64,000 nt of DNA from positions 186,706 through 250,705 of the forward strand of contig NMRA01000303.1 in NCBI GenBank assembly GCA_002633005.1. Direction: 5' to 3'. The DNA is from Phoronis australis. Its lineage: Eukaryota > Animalia > Phoronida. Every line of letters begins with the position of its first letter. The first letter of the stretch is position 1. The notes beneath the pieces were generated by a model that saw only the letters and a program-made list of their open reading frames with translations, was not told the origin of the DNA and searched no databases. Shown here piece by piece: positions 38,535 through 64,000 of this stretch. The position numbers and the translations under genes are program-made.

Positions 38535-39639
38535 GTGTTGCCCACTGGACGTCGCGCTTTTGCAATCCAAGGATCTTGTTTACTTTTTCATTTTTGAATA
38601 CTGGCAACTATACCATCCATGGTTCAAGGTGAATAAAGCCAAAGGCTTAGTATGTCACATTCACACGACAAGTTCATTCCTCGGTCAGGTCAACGACCTC
38701 TGCCAAAAAATAAATGTTTATCAAAATTTACCTGACGAGCAGTGCTGTGAGCGTGATCCTTTACAACATTTCCAGAAGTTATGGCTCTAGCAGTTGTATT
38801 CTGAGTCTTTAAAAGAGTATTAAACAAAGAAAATAGACACCGTTTCCACATACACGGTGACCGACTTATGGAAGTCGCCATTATCGATATGCGCGCCATC
38901 TGTTGCCAGGGAATTATTACAAATTCATTATGCATTTAACGCTATTCATATATAATATATAAAATATTTTCAGTGTTTCCCATGCCATGCTGTTTCAAAA
39001 TTTTGATTGGAGAGATGTTTCATGATGCAAAATATGTTTACGTAAAATGAATAAAGGATTTTTAGTGACTCAACGCGATGAAACTCCCCGGATATAGGTC
39101 AACTCTACCACTGAAAGTATAGTTCAGAGTTGCATCAGGAAAATTTACGTAAGTTGTGAGTTCACGACTGAGTTAACGAAACAATACAGTGGGTGTGTCC
39201 TTGCCTTGCTCTGTTCAAAAGTAATAAGCCGATTCCACTGAAAACTTATTGTGTGAACAGATGACGAGGATTTGTGGTGGTTTTGGAGACCCGGGATTCT
39301 GAATGCCAACTACAGTACTACATACAGTGCCACTGAGTGCCAGGGTCTCAACCAGGCATTGGCATCAATTGTTTTTTGTTTGTGTTTAATGTCACGCCTG
39401 TATTTTAATAATCACTGGTCGCCAGATTCCGAATTTCCCCCTGTGAAATGTTTGTCTTGAAATATGGTATTCAACCAATGTGTCGTCAGGTGTAACTCAA
39501 ATAATTCATTGTGTGATTTTTATTTCTGTTAATTGTTTTTACATAATAGTATATTATTATTATATGAAAAATTATTATAACACGAGTTGTTTATAAGCAA
39601 ACACGTAAGGGTTTATGATGGAAAGGGTTGTGGCTTTCA

Positions 39640-39823
39640 CATACTCACATACACGCACGCAGACTGACCCGCACACACCCACACCCACACACACNNNNNN
39701 NNNNNNNNNNNNNNNNNNNNNNNNNNNNNNNNNNNNNNNNNNNNNNNNNNNNNNNNNNNNNNNNNNNNNNNNNNNNNNNNNNNNNNNNNNNNNNNNNNNN
39801 NNNNNNCACACACACTCACACAC
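39640..39823. repeat. (CA)n microsatellite spanning a gap
   Basis: CA-rich runs on both sides of the N block. Confidence 0.85.
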
Positions 39824-39976
39824 TTAATGTAATTCTACTATTACTATGAATAATAGATAGTACGATACTTTTGTAGATTTTGAACATCAACACAACAGAC
39901 AACGGCTTCTTCATCCAGACGTCTGCTTTCCCAGCGAGTACTTGTATCCTTCACGCTGGGTCGCAATCACTCCAAG

Positions 39977-53943
<13,967 letters not shown>

Positions 53944-53945
53944 TC

Positions 53946-53973
53946 GCCCAATGAATGACCAGGTTCATTGGGC
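53946..53973 (+). promoter_or_regulatory. Stem-loop downstream of the Sec UGA (candidate selenocysteine redefinition element, SRE)
   Basis: GCCCAATGAA-tgaccagg-TTCATTGGGC: a perfect 10-bp stem beginning 11 nt after the UGA. Confidence 0.5.
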
Positions 53974-54407
53974 TTCCCAATGGTATATGTGTGGGAAGAA
54001 AGAGTCACTGATTTTCTGTGATCAGAAGTTTCATCAGCTAAATTTATTCAAGTAAATTTTTTCTACTAAGTTACAGGTTTCTGTTTGGCAATTTCATCTG
54101 CTATATTTTTTAAATAATCGATTTTTGCTGAAGAGAGCAGTTTATGTTTTAGTAACAAATCTAGTAGTTCACTCTCTTTCAAGTCAGGAAATCGTGCAAT
54201 TCACCTGATGACTGATGACTGATACCACAGTTTGATTGGGTGATATGGGCTCTTTTAAACATACTGTTACCACACTTGCACAGTGTAAGCTCATGCTGTG
54301 GTGTGTAGTGTAAGCTACGGACCCCTTTAATGCGCACAAATGTTTAGTTCTGGGTGAGCTTAGTCTGTGCAGTCCCCAACATATGTTCCTGTTGTATACA
54401 GCAGCTT

Positions 54408-54457
54408 ATGATGTCACACAAGTAAACCTCTACCTGTGAGTGATTTGTGCGACTGAC
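54408..54457 (+). promoter_or_regulatory. Eukaryotic SECIS element (type II) in the SELENOO 3' UTR
   Basis: AUGAU core (54408-54412); helix II GTCACACAAGT/ATTTGTGCGAC (10 of 11 pairs, including one G-U); unpaired AAA (54424-54426); apical mini-stem CTC/GAG; 3' UGAC (54454-54457). Confidence 0.88.
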
Positions 54458-54781
54458 GCATGAACTATTGTTTGGGGATCTATTTTGTACATAGAAAAAT
54501 CAATGAAATGTAGTGTGTAAAAACATTTCCCAATCCTGAAATACTGTACTCCAAAGAAACACCTTGGCATTATCAAAGAGGCACTGTGTCCACTTCCTTT
54601 ACTCAAGGTTGTACCAGACTGCCTGCAATTTTTAGAAAGTTGTCATTATTTATTAGTATAATAAGACCTGCACTGACCAACTTCTGCTCAGCAGTTACCT
54701 AAGAAATCGTTTCCATATCTCAGAATATTTTGCTATGGCAACTGAATTTGCTGAAATTGATAAGGTGTTTTTTTCTCATGG

Positions 54782-54787
54782 AATAAA
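54782..54787 (+). promoter_or_regulatory. Candidate polyadenylation signal for SELENOO (alternative at 55769-55774)
   Basis: First AATAAA noticed downstream of the SECIS. Confidence 0.35.
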
Positions 54788-54900
54788 CTTTTCTTACAAA
54801 AATTGTTTACAGTGTGACATGGTCATGTCAAGATTCGTATTCGATGTGAGTCACTTTTAACAAGTTTATTTTGTACGGTATAAGACCAATTTAAGTAATG

Positions 54901-55124
54901 GGACAAAATACTATTTTCCTGTCATCTGGTCTAATTGCCTTAAGAGCAAAAGTTACTGATAGTTACTATTAGGGAGGCATAACTATTAGGGAGGCATAAT
55001 TCTAAATTACAGAACCGCTTAGCCACCTTATTAGTTTTCCTGTTAAGAACCTTAAATTCTAGGTCTTGCCATGAATTCGGCTTCCGCCCAGCCATCATGA
55101 CGGGAAATTATGGATCATTTTGTC
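54901..55124. mobile_element. MITE family A copy
   Basis: GGACAAAAT ... ATTTTGTC ends; internal GCTTAGCCACCTT and CCCAGCCATCATGACGGGAAATT. Confidence 0.7.
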
Positions 55125-56279
55125 GGATAATTTTGAGTGTACCTGGTGCTTCAGGCACAAATGACCACTTAATAATTATATTCGCACCGTCAGTTTTTGT
55201 ATTACCAATTGTTGGATATGCAGATGCTTACATTAAGCACTGCAACATTGTGTGGTTAATTGAACAAAAAACATAATTCAGCTGTTCTCAATTTATGAAT
55301 GCTTGTCTGATGGGAGCTATCACTGGTATCTTTATATACTGAAGGCACATTTGGTTGGTTAAAAAATATTCACTTTTCTGCCCTATTGATGGAATTTTAC
55401 AGTTGTAATTATACTTTGATTAACCCATTTCTCTGACAAAACTGTTATTCAGGTACAGGTCCTTGTATACCTTGATTTACTGGCAGAAGCACACATTACT
55501 AGGGCCCCAAACTTGTATAATAGTTTAGATGCCCTGAGAAATCTGATCATTGCTTACCTCATTGTTCTTTGGAACGGTGCCGTTGGGAACGTAGCCTTGC
55601 GTTAATAACTCAATGTAATGATCAGATCCCCTGAATTCAAGTTCATGATGTTGTTCTGAAGTGTATATTGTGGTATTTAGGTGTGCATTTTATTAAATTA
55701 ATTAGCGTTGTTAACCCTCCACTGTCTGACATTAGCTTGTTACAGTGTTTTAATATAAATACCAAGTTAATAAACATACTTTATATTACATATTCATTGC
55801 CGGAAGTTAAAACTGCATTTGATCTTGTGTAGCTAACTCAAAAAGCAAAAATGGAATTTGGCCTTTTACTGTCATAGAGTCGGTCTGCTAACATTCCTTA
55901 CCGTTATACGGTTTCCAGCAAGAACATCGAACTAACCATCAGCGACTCGAGAAAGCATTCAGTTTGTTGGGGTTGGCTAACCCAAAAATGGCAGATTCGG
56001 AAATGGCGCGTGTACGCATTGCCTGCGACTTGAGCTGCCGGCTCTTACGGCAATAATTCACCAAGAACGGATGGGCGAGGTAATATTTTAAATCCCATCG
56101 GTAAAGAATTCAACGGCTAAACAACAGCGAAATGTTCCATTAGATTTGTAGTTGTTTGTGTTCTCGTCTGTGGCAGTATTGGTGCACTTTCAGTTTTGTT
56201 GTTTTTATCTGGAGGTTTTCAGGGTCATGCACCACTTGTCTCCCACTGTTATGTGGGGCCTGTTGGAGGTGAAGGAAAC

Positions 56280-56480
56280 CCCGCACAATTTAAGATCACC
56301 TGGGCCACTTCATGTCAGTCATGTTTAAACAACCAGGTATGGGCTAAATACTCTCCGATGTAATGGTGCGCGACTGTGGAATTCTCTACCCAGACATATT
56401 AGAGAGAGCATAAGATTATAGACAACTATGAGGAGAGACAATCACTTAACGATTTTAAGAGAAACGTGTACGGTTTGTGG
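56280..56480 (+). mobile_element. 3' end of a CR1/L2-group LINE ORF2 (remnant)
   Basis: Translates as HNLRS...TTRYGLNTLRCNGARLWNSLPRHIRES...SLNDFKRN, the typical C-terminal (Y/H)NLR...WNSLP...SL..FK motif. Confidence 0.75.
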
Positions 56481-57379
56481 TAGCATGGATGTACAGTTGT
56501 ATAGCGTCTTGTTTGTTTGCTAGTTTCTGACTTGTGCCTATTATTTTAAATTGTCAGTGATAATAGCCATGTTTTATGTATACTCTGAAAGCAGACCCAA
56601 AGAGTTTATAGAAAAAGGAAAATGCAGTTCGGTTCTGCGGACATGATTACAAATATCTCTTTTGGATGCAACTCCAGATCTCAGTAGTCCATCGGTTTTG
56701 TAGAATCTTATTGACAAGTCTATCGTATTGAGCCAAGTATCTACAAAACTACAGATTTTTAACTCGGTAAAAGTATAGAAATTAATTTGCTCTTGTAGTA
56801 AGCCTGCAGAATTTGGTTTTACCAAGCTGACATTAGATGGATCATGTGACGATGTCTTTTCAGTAAAATTTAGCAAAACATACATTGAGAGCAAAACAAT
56901 AGTATTATTAAAATGATCAAATTTGATTTGATAAAATTTTCCATCTCAAAAACCGTTTCTTGAAAACATCACTTCGCCGCTGGTTTAGATTTTTTTTTCT
57001 TGAAAGTCATTCAAAGCCTTATTTTTGATATCCCCTTCTCATTCAAACGTGGAACAGTTTAAAATAATGGAGAATTGTGCATATCAGAGCATAATACCTG
57101 AAAGCGTCATATGTATACAATCAGTCATTCAACTGACTGTTCCGAACTTAGCCACACATTTGGAAAATTTTCTAGGGTTCTACATAACGTACGTAAGTCT
57201 AAGTTCCTGACTGTATCGGTGGTTCATTTGTAAAGTCTAGACTAGCCTGATTGGTGTTGTTTTCACACTATAATAATGTAGAGAAAACTAAGAACTTCTC
57301 TTTATTTGCAATTTTGTTATTATTCTGCATACATTTGATCATTCCAAGAACACTACACTGTATAAGCAGACACGATGAC

Positions 57380-57670
57380 AAGTATACGGTCTGTGGGACG
57401 AGGGCGTTAATGTACTCATCGAACAGCTGTGAGCAGAGATTACAATATTTTCAGTCTATGTTCAATACATGGAATGACAGCCTTTTTTACGATCTCGTGT
57501 CTAGTAATTATGCGGCCATGCTGATGCAGAAAAAGGTCTTGGACAAAAACACTAGCCAAACGCTTCGCTTGGAAAGGGAACATACCGTGGGGCCCATGTA
57601 ACGTTGTGTAGGGTGTACAAGATAACTGCAAACAAGTGGCGTTTTGCGATGTTACAACCTATCTCGAGAG
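57380..57670 (+). pseudogene. Decayed MADF/Myb-SANT-like domain (possibly Harbinger transposon ORF2)
   Basis: Frameshifted pieces LWDEGVNVLIEQL, WNDSLFYDLVSSNY, SW and NKWRF follow the MADF W...LI...LYD..S..Y...W...KW pattern. Confidence 0.3.
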
Positions 57671-60547
57671 TCAACTCACATGACTTTCCAAATAGCCTAA
57701 GGAGAGTCAGGAAATTGATTGTCCTCGTTTTGCATTTTCGGCTTGCACGAAGCCGACTGCATGCTGAAGGTCGGAATGAGGCTAACGACGAATGAGCTCA
57801 ATTGAGGTGTTGCTGTTCATTAGCCGACATCAACATGGAACCAGGGCTGCATAGGCCCCCCGGAAGCAACAGTGTTCTTGGGCCTCTACATACAATGTTC
57901 ACATCACCAATGTCTGGTGACAGCACTAACAAATTTACTTGCATCTCCGTGTACATACGCGTGCTACCAGTATAGGTTTACTACTGCTCCAACAACTGCG
58001 CCATCAAAAAGTTGCACAATTTTTGTTGCGACGGTGTCATTCAAAACATACATTTTGCCAGAAGGGTGCGCTAGAAATATCCCTCTTCTGTAGGCGTACC
58101 ATTTGTAAATTACTACGAATTCTCTGCCGCGGGTGGGTACCAGCGAAGGATACTCCCGAGTATACTCACGAAACATTCACTTTTCATTATAGTAAGTGAT
58201 TTTGCGTGATCTTGCTAAAAACTCGCGTTCCGTCAAAAAAAGTGAACCTTGATTTAGACCACTTAACATTACAAAATTGTTTTCAACCAGTTCCGGCTCA
58301 GACAGGAAGTGATTCATGTGTCTGCAAAGAGCTGGCAGTTGGTCCACCAGTTATTCCCTGAGACCATGCTTGGCAAATAAACGGACACGCCTTGACAAGC
58401 AAACTTGTAGAGCATGCATGAAAAGGAAATCATTATTTAGGAAACTGCAACAGTGTTTTTAAGATTTCATTTTGAACATCCATATTATCAATACTTTTGT
58501 TTGGCTATCAATGTATCCTTCATCTTGATAATTTTTAATAAAAAGACATGGTCACGTGATCCAATCAATGGCAGATTAGTGGAAACTCAAAAATCAAATT
58601 CTACAGGCTGACTGGTTTCAGGAAATATATACTGTTACTAAGTTAAAATCTACAGTTTTCACGGTAGATATTTGGCTTAGTACACATGCTTGTTGATTAG
58701 GACATGCGTTTTACCAGCTAATTACGCCTTCATTTGGTAGAGTATTGTCATCTTGTCAAACATATCAGTTTTAAAGACGGTGTATATGTAATGCATCTAC
58801 TGTGTATGCCTGTGATGTAGTATTATGCTGCGTACACGTTTGTAACAGCGGAAGGAGATTATATCGAGACTCGTGAAGTGCAAAAGTATCTGAACGAGGG
58901 GGAAGCGTTTAGCTATCATGAATGGAAATATACTAGAACGCTGCTGCTACTCCTTTGTTAGAAATGTTGTATTTCTTGTAAGCATAGAGGCACACATTCT
59001 ATAAGTCAGTCATGCTAAACAGCTGCTACATGAAAGTCAACTTTGGCTATGCATGGAGCTAGGTATAGATTTTGATGAATGTTCCGATCCTCAATACCGT
59101 ATCAAACGCCTGAAAAGTAGTTCCTTCGTATCGGATATTATACAATCATTGATTTTCACTGTTGAATTTCAGACCGCAAAAATCTAATGACCGATGCGGA
59201 GAAGTCAGCAAATGCGCTGAAATTTTAAAGAATTATTAACTCCCTATTGGGACCGTTTCACGCAAACCACGCACTTAAAAATCCTTTCTAATCTTATAAA
59301 TGGCCCAATAAAAAGTTGATTTTTGACACGGGCGAGTTTATTGTCCCTCTTAAAACATTTGGGGCATTCAAGATTTTGAGAACTTCTTCATTATGTCGGT
59401 TAAAAATATCTAAGGTTCAAATATTCGATCATAGCGTTAACAGTATAGATTTTTCTTGCTAGATGGCTGTTCTAGCTGTCATTGAAGCATTTTAATTTGA
59501 ATATGACAACAAAATATTACTTAACTAAGTAGGATTGATTTCGTGACATTCAGCACGTGAAAAACCACCTAATGACGCAAACCAGGCATGCGTTCAGTAT
59601 AGTGTCTTGCATATGTGCTGTTATCCACACGACCTAAAAAAACCGAACCCATATAAATTTAATTAATACTACATCAATCAAATCGTTTTTTCAAATTTGT
59701 GAGACTTAAAATTCAGCCCGAGGCTTATGTTTTCGCAGTCTTCACCATAGGAGTCAGTTGGCATTGAATTTAATGCTCTTTCTAAAAGATTCAGAATTTT
59801 ATGTAAAATTTTGAGGGTTTAGTTTCTTGAAGTGTCCGTGTATTATTTTGCTATCGCGCTGCCACTCTGTTTTATAAGTTGTCTGTGCTTCTAGCTTCCA
59901 CCAACAACATTTCCGCAAGAGGGCGTCTCGGTTAATGTTGCAGAATACATTTCCGGGTTGTCGGTAATGTTTCTGGATTGATTGGTTGAATGTCTCTCGT
60001 CAAGTTAGGACAACGATCTCTTGGATCCCATCACATCTAGCCGGCTGAACCCAGCTGTTGCCGACAGCATTTGTCGCCATGCCAACATTATTGCCAACGC
60101 AGGCATCGTGCCAAGTGTAACCAATACAATTAATTAATGTCGTTAGCCGCAACACATGCCGTGACTAGAACAAATACCGCGCTTACTCGCCAAATTACAC
60201 CGTCTTTACAAAAATAAGCTTTCTTAATCTGTAATCGTCATTCGTCGTCTTCAGTGAGAACTTCGCAACTCGAAACTTGAGTAACTGAAAAACAACAAGA
60301 TGAACAACAAAGGAAAATGTCAAAATGGCTTGATGTATGAAAATGGTGCAAAGTTAAAGATTTTCTATTTTAAACAGAACAATCGTGTTTCTTAATTTTT
60401 TAACGTAATTATGTGGACAAGGACAACATATTACTGATCCAAGTATTCTTGTTTTGTCTAAAACTTCCGGTTGGCATATTGCTGCTGTGAAGAAAATTGT
60501 GTAGGTCCTAAATTGCAAAAAAGCCAATTATCCAAAAATATAACAAC

Positions 60548-61092
60548 ATTCACAAACGGGCTAAAACACTAACGTTTTCGTTAGCACTTCGCTAGTAATA
60601 AAAAAAAAACGCTAGTCATGTGAACGGTTACAAGTGTCACTTATGCTAGCGCTGTTCTGGAGGTTTGAGTTACTCCAAAACTGTTGGTCTTTTTGCAAGC
60701 GCTTTGGAAGCCAGACTGCTTATTTTACACGTGTGCAAGGGTAGAGAGCCTTTGTTTATAGTCATATAAATCAATTTTATGTCACAGCGTGAACGCGTTT
60801 TGACATGAAATGATTTCGCTTAAAAACGGTTCAGGTGGCGAGGAAATAAATTAATTCTAGCTTCACATGAACTTATGTTAGGTTCACATGAATGCCGAAA
60901 ACGGTAGCAGTTCTGCTGGCTAAAGCGCTCGCGAAAACACGAACATTTTAGCCTGACAGACAAGTTTTCCGCGAAAGGGTAAATTTCGCGAGCAGTTAGT
61001 TTGACCCTTGAGACCGTTCTTACGACGGTACTGATATTTTTGCTGCTGGCGAAAGTGCTAGCTACCGTTTTAGCCCGCATGTGAATCGGGTA
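60548..61092. mobile_element. MITE with terminal inverted repeats
   Basis: TTCACAAACGGGCTAAAAC...TAGCACTTCGCTAG is inverted relative to CTGGCGAAAGTGCTAG...GTTTTAGCCCGCATGTGAA. Confidence 0.65.
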
Positions 61093-62509
61093 TAATGATA
61101 AGTGCTGGCGAACACGATCCCTTTTAGTCGGTGGGCCAGATCTCATAGCGTTCATCCTTGTGAGTACTTTGGGGGGGCAACCTAGTTTTTTCTATGTGGC
61201 TAGATAATATACCTATAAATCAAATTCCAAAAAGTTCCCACGTCTATACAAATGACGTCTTTGGTGGTCCTTTGCTGGGGTTTTCGCTAGCACTTCTGCA
61301 GCCATACCGCTTGCTTCAGCAAAGACACACGCATGCGCAGAGATAGCATGCATTTGTTTAATCAATTTATGGCAGAGAGTGATGAACGTGTTTTGATATC
61401 AATTTTCAATTCGGTTGCTGGGGCGGCACTCTCTGCTGCCGAAAGTGTTTCCGGGAGCGTTTTCGCCACTGAAACTGCAAGCGTTTTGCAACTCATGTGA
61501 ACCTAGTTTTAGGCTTATCTCAATGAGAACGCGATGCGTTTCAGAATACCTCTCTCCTCTTGGACAACTACAGCCTACCACAAGTATGATAATAAAATAT
61601 GTTTTTAGTTCAAAGTATCAAAATGCAGCTTTGATGCCTTCATAATTTAGTGAAGTTGCGCTTTTTAATATTGAATGAAGCAAATTTTATTTAAAATATA
61701 TGTATGCGTGACGTAGTTCCGGTTCATACATATCTACGCACGTGCCATATTGGTTGGTGAGTACAGTATTGCCAACGATCGTTCGTCTGGTTCCCTATCG
61801 AATCTGTTAGCGACTAGTTTACGAAAAGTGATACATATTTTATGGGGTAAATCAAGCATATCTAATTAAATTGTTACAGTTAATGCTTGTCAACACTTTA
61901 AGGTGCAATAAAACAGTGTTGAATATATGCAAAAAAACTCATACACAACTAAATGTATTGTGCTCTGTTATAGAATTAGTTTCACATAATATTCTTGACA
62001 TGTAAACCCAGTTTAACAAGATTAATGCCTCGCGTTCGAATTAAAGTGCGTAAGAGTAAATTTCACATTAACCGAATTAACGACGGATATTTTGCCACTG
62101 CTGACAACCTGAAATCGGTTAACTAAATTTATTACTGTTCGTGATTGTTTTCCTTGTCACTGCATTGTTCTGAAACAATCACTTGTGCGCTGCTGTCTTT
62201 CAAGTAACACATGACAAAGATGCGTGTCATTTGGAGCATGTAAGACGCTACAAGTTTGGACACGGGTTGTACTTTTTCGAGTCATTCGTACTTTAGAGCA
62301 TATTTGTCTATAAACAGTACTCATGAATGTTTATGAAAACCGCGAATTATCGCTTCTTGAAGCAAAACACCTGTCAGACTGCATAAGCAGAGAAAAAACT
62401 TTGGCGTGCATCAGCAAAAGCACGCTGACGGCGCGTTAGCGACTTATATAAGGCTGGTGATGAAACAGATAATACTTCGTAATTACACCTAAATGCACAA
62501 TACCGGAAG

Positions 62510-62654
62510 CAGGGGTGGATCCAGGATTTTGAGTTGGGGGGCAGGGCATTAGCCAAGATTTTGCTCGTCAGATATTCGCACCCCTGAACTGCCAAATGGA
62601 ATCTGGGAGAATTTTATGAGGGGCATGGCTCTGTCCCCCCTAAATCCGCCACTG
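62510..62654. mobile_element. Small MITE (CAGGGGTGGATCC ... AAATCCGCCACTG)
   Basis: Imperfect 13-bp TIRs with a G-rich/C-rich interior. Confidence 0.55.
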
Positions 62655-62967
62655 GGATGACAGTTGCTCGGATCCCCAAGCAGTTTTTGAAGTGCTCACA
62701 CTCGGTCGCTATAACTTTCGAGGTGCCCCAGTGGCGAAGAGAATACACTACAAAAATATTTTACTGTCGCCAAAATTTTCCAGTGCTCGGTGCGCCCCCC
62801 CCCCACCCGGTGGGGGATAAGATAGGCCCCCTGCTTTGTCCGGGGCCCCAAGCTGCAGTTTATTTAATCCGGCTCTATCGGTCCACACAACGCAGGAACG
62901 TCGATTTGAAAAATCGCAGTATAATGTAAACCTTCTATCTGTGAAGTTATTTCTAGTTTACTGGTTG

Positions 62968-63466
62968 CTAAGCAATCTGAAAGGAACTCGGAACTCTGCC
63001 AGTGGTCGTCTGGCCATGATCACAGACATCGTTATTTACAATCGATGTACGATGATGAGACGTAAGGAGACGGAGAGACGCTTGGATTACCATCTTTTTG
63101 TCTAAAATATTCGTCACAGCATCGTGTAAGACTTCGGGCCTATATGAGAGCCCGTTGCGTTGAGCGCATCCTTGCACCCCAGAAACAGTAAAAAATTACA
63201 GCTACAATTACAAAATTACAAATTTTCTTTCGCATGTACATAGAGTGTTACATGGGAAGTTAAACTAACCTTTAAGTGCTTTTTGTAAATTTCCACAGCC
63301 GGGAGTATTTTGACTTTTGACATATTTACTGCAAATCGGAAGCTCACATTCTGCGCCATTTTGATGACTGTCTTCTGCAAGACAGTGGTGGTGCCCTAAA
63401 GCGGTAAGTTCGTCTTCTTCTGACACAGAGTCGTGGGATAAACTCCGCTGATGTGTAGTCGGGGCT
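62968..63466 (-). other. Possible exon remnants encoding a pipsqueak-type (psq/CENP-B N-terminal) helix-turn-helix
   Basis: YRPEVLHDAVTNILDKKMVIQAS... resembles Y..E.L..AV..V....MS...AS; an upstream open segment (about 63270-63465) is bounded by TTTCAG and G|GTTAGT. Confidence 0.3.
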
Positions 63467-63638
63467 GAAATTAGCCAGGAAACGTTCAAATTTCCATGAG
63501 AAAAAGCGTCAGTACGGCAGTGCCTTTGCAACAATATGCACGAGGGCGTGTTTATTGACCTATTCTTCATAAAATGATCGATGTTGACCCGTTTTCAATT
63601 TAACATACTATATCTCAAAAACATTTTTAAGTCTGGTC

Positions 63639-63814
63639 TGCACGTCACCTTTTGGCCACATCGCGTCTGAAAGGATTTCTGCTCCGACCGGGACTCGAAC
63701 CCACGACCTCTGCTAACTGTGCGTACACTCTAGGCTATCAGGACCACTGGTCGAACACAGACATCTAGTCGGACTTAGCAGTGGTCATTCCGCCCATAAA
63801 TTCGTGAGTGTACA
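63639..63814 (-). mobile_element. tRNA-derived element (SINE head or tRNA-containing solo LTR)
   Basis: The - strand reads GGTCGTGGGTTCGAGTCCCGGTCGGAGC (B box/T-arm); imperfect inverted ends TGCACGTCAC ... GTGAGTGTACA. Confidence 0.55.
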
Positions 63815-64000
63815 TAAATATGTACGATTTACATACATACATACATATTTATACTAACATACCATAGTTAAAACTATTGCAATGAAGTGTACAGAAACTG
63901 GACAAAAACAAGTCACCCAGTAAGACAAATACACAAATATACATGTACAAGAGGTAACCCAAATTTAGAAAAGTAGGGTAGTCAAGAAGAATGGTATGCA

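Noticed and set aside
55985-56085. Possible first exon of another gene (AAAATGGCAG..., GAG|GTAATA)
   Set aside because: The ATG frame stops after 22 codons, before the donor, and no downstream exons were identified.
56574-56894. 106-aa minus-strand ORF
   Set aside because: No recognisable homology or clear exon boundaries.

Overview
Intron-rich, AT-rich animal genomic DNA, probably from an invertebrate, with four N gaps. Three spliced genes can be rebuilt exon by exon, with GT-AG boundaries and consistent phases. (1) ATIC/purH on the - strand: five N-terminal exons are visible and the gene runs off the left edge. (2) PDSS1 (decaprenyl diphosphate synthase subunit 1) on the - strand: 9 coding exons. 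(3) SELENOO (selenoprotein O, pseudokinase AMPylase) on the + strand: 12 coding exons, head-to-head with PDSS1. The most notable system is a complete selenocysteine-recoding cassette that the ORF track misses: an in-frame UGA at 53932-53934 in a C-terminal R-V-T-U-S-S-stop, a perfect 10-bp hairpin just downstream (SRE-like), and a type II SECIS at 54408-54457. Other observations: intronic tandem repeats built from copies of real splice junctions with weakened or destroyed splice sites (ATIC donor, PDSS1 acceptor); a decayed C-type lectin gene; two short tRNA-containing elements with TG...CA inverted ends; a psq-type HTH remnant; and many MITEs, foldback elements, minisatellites and LINE/SINE fragments. 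All calls come from manual reading; no searches were run.
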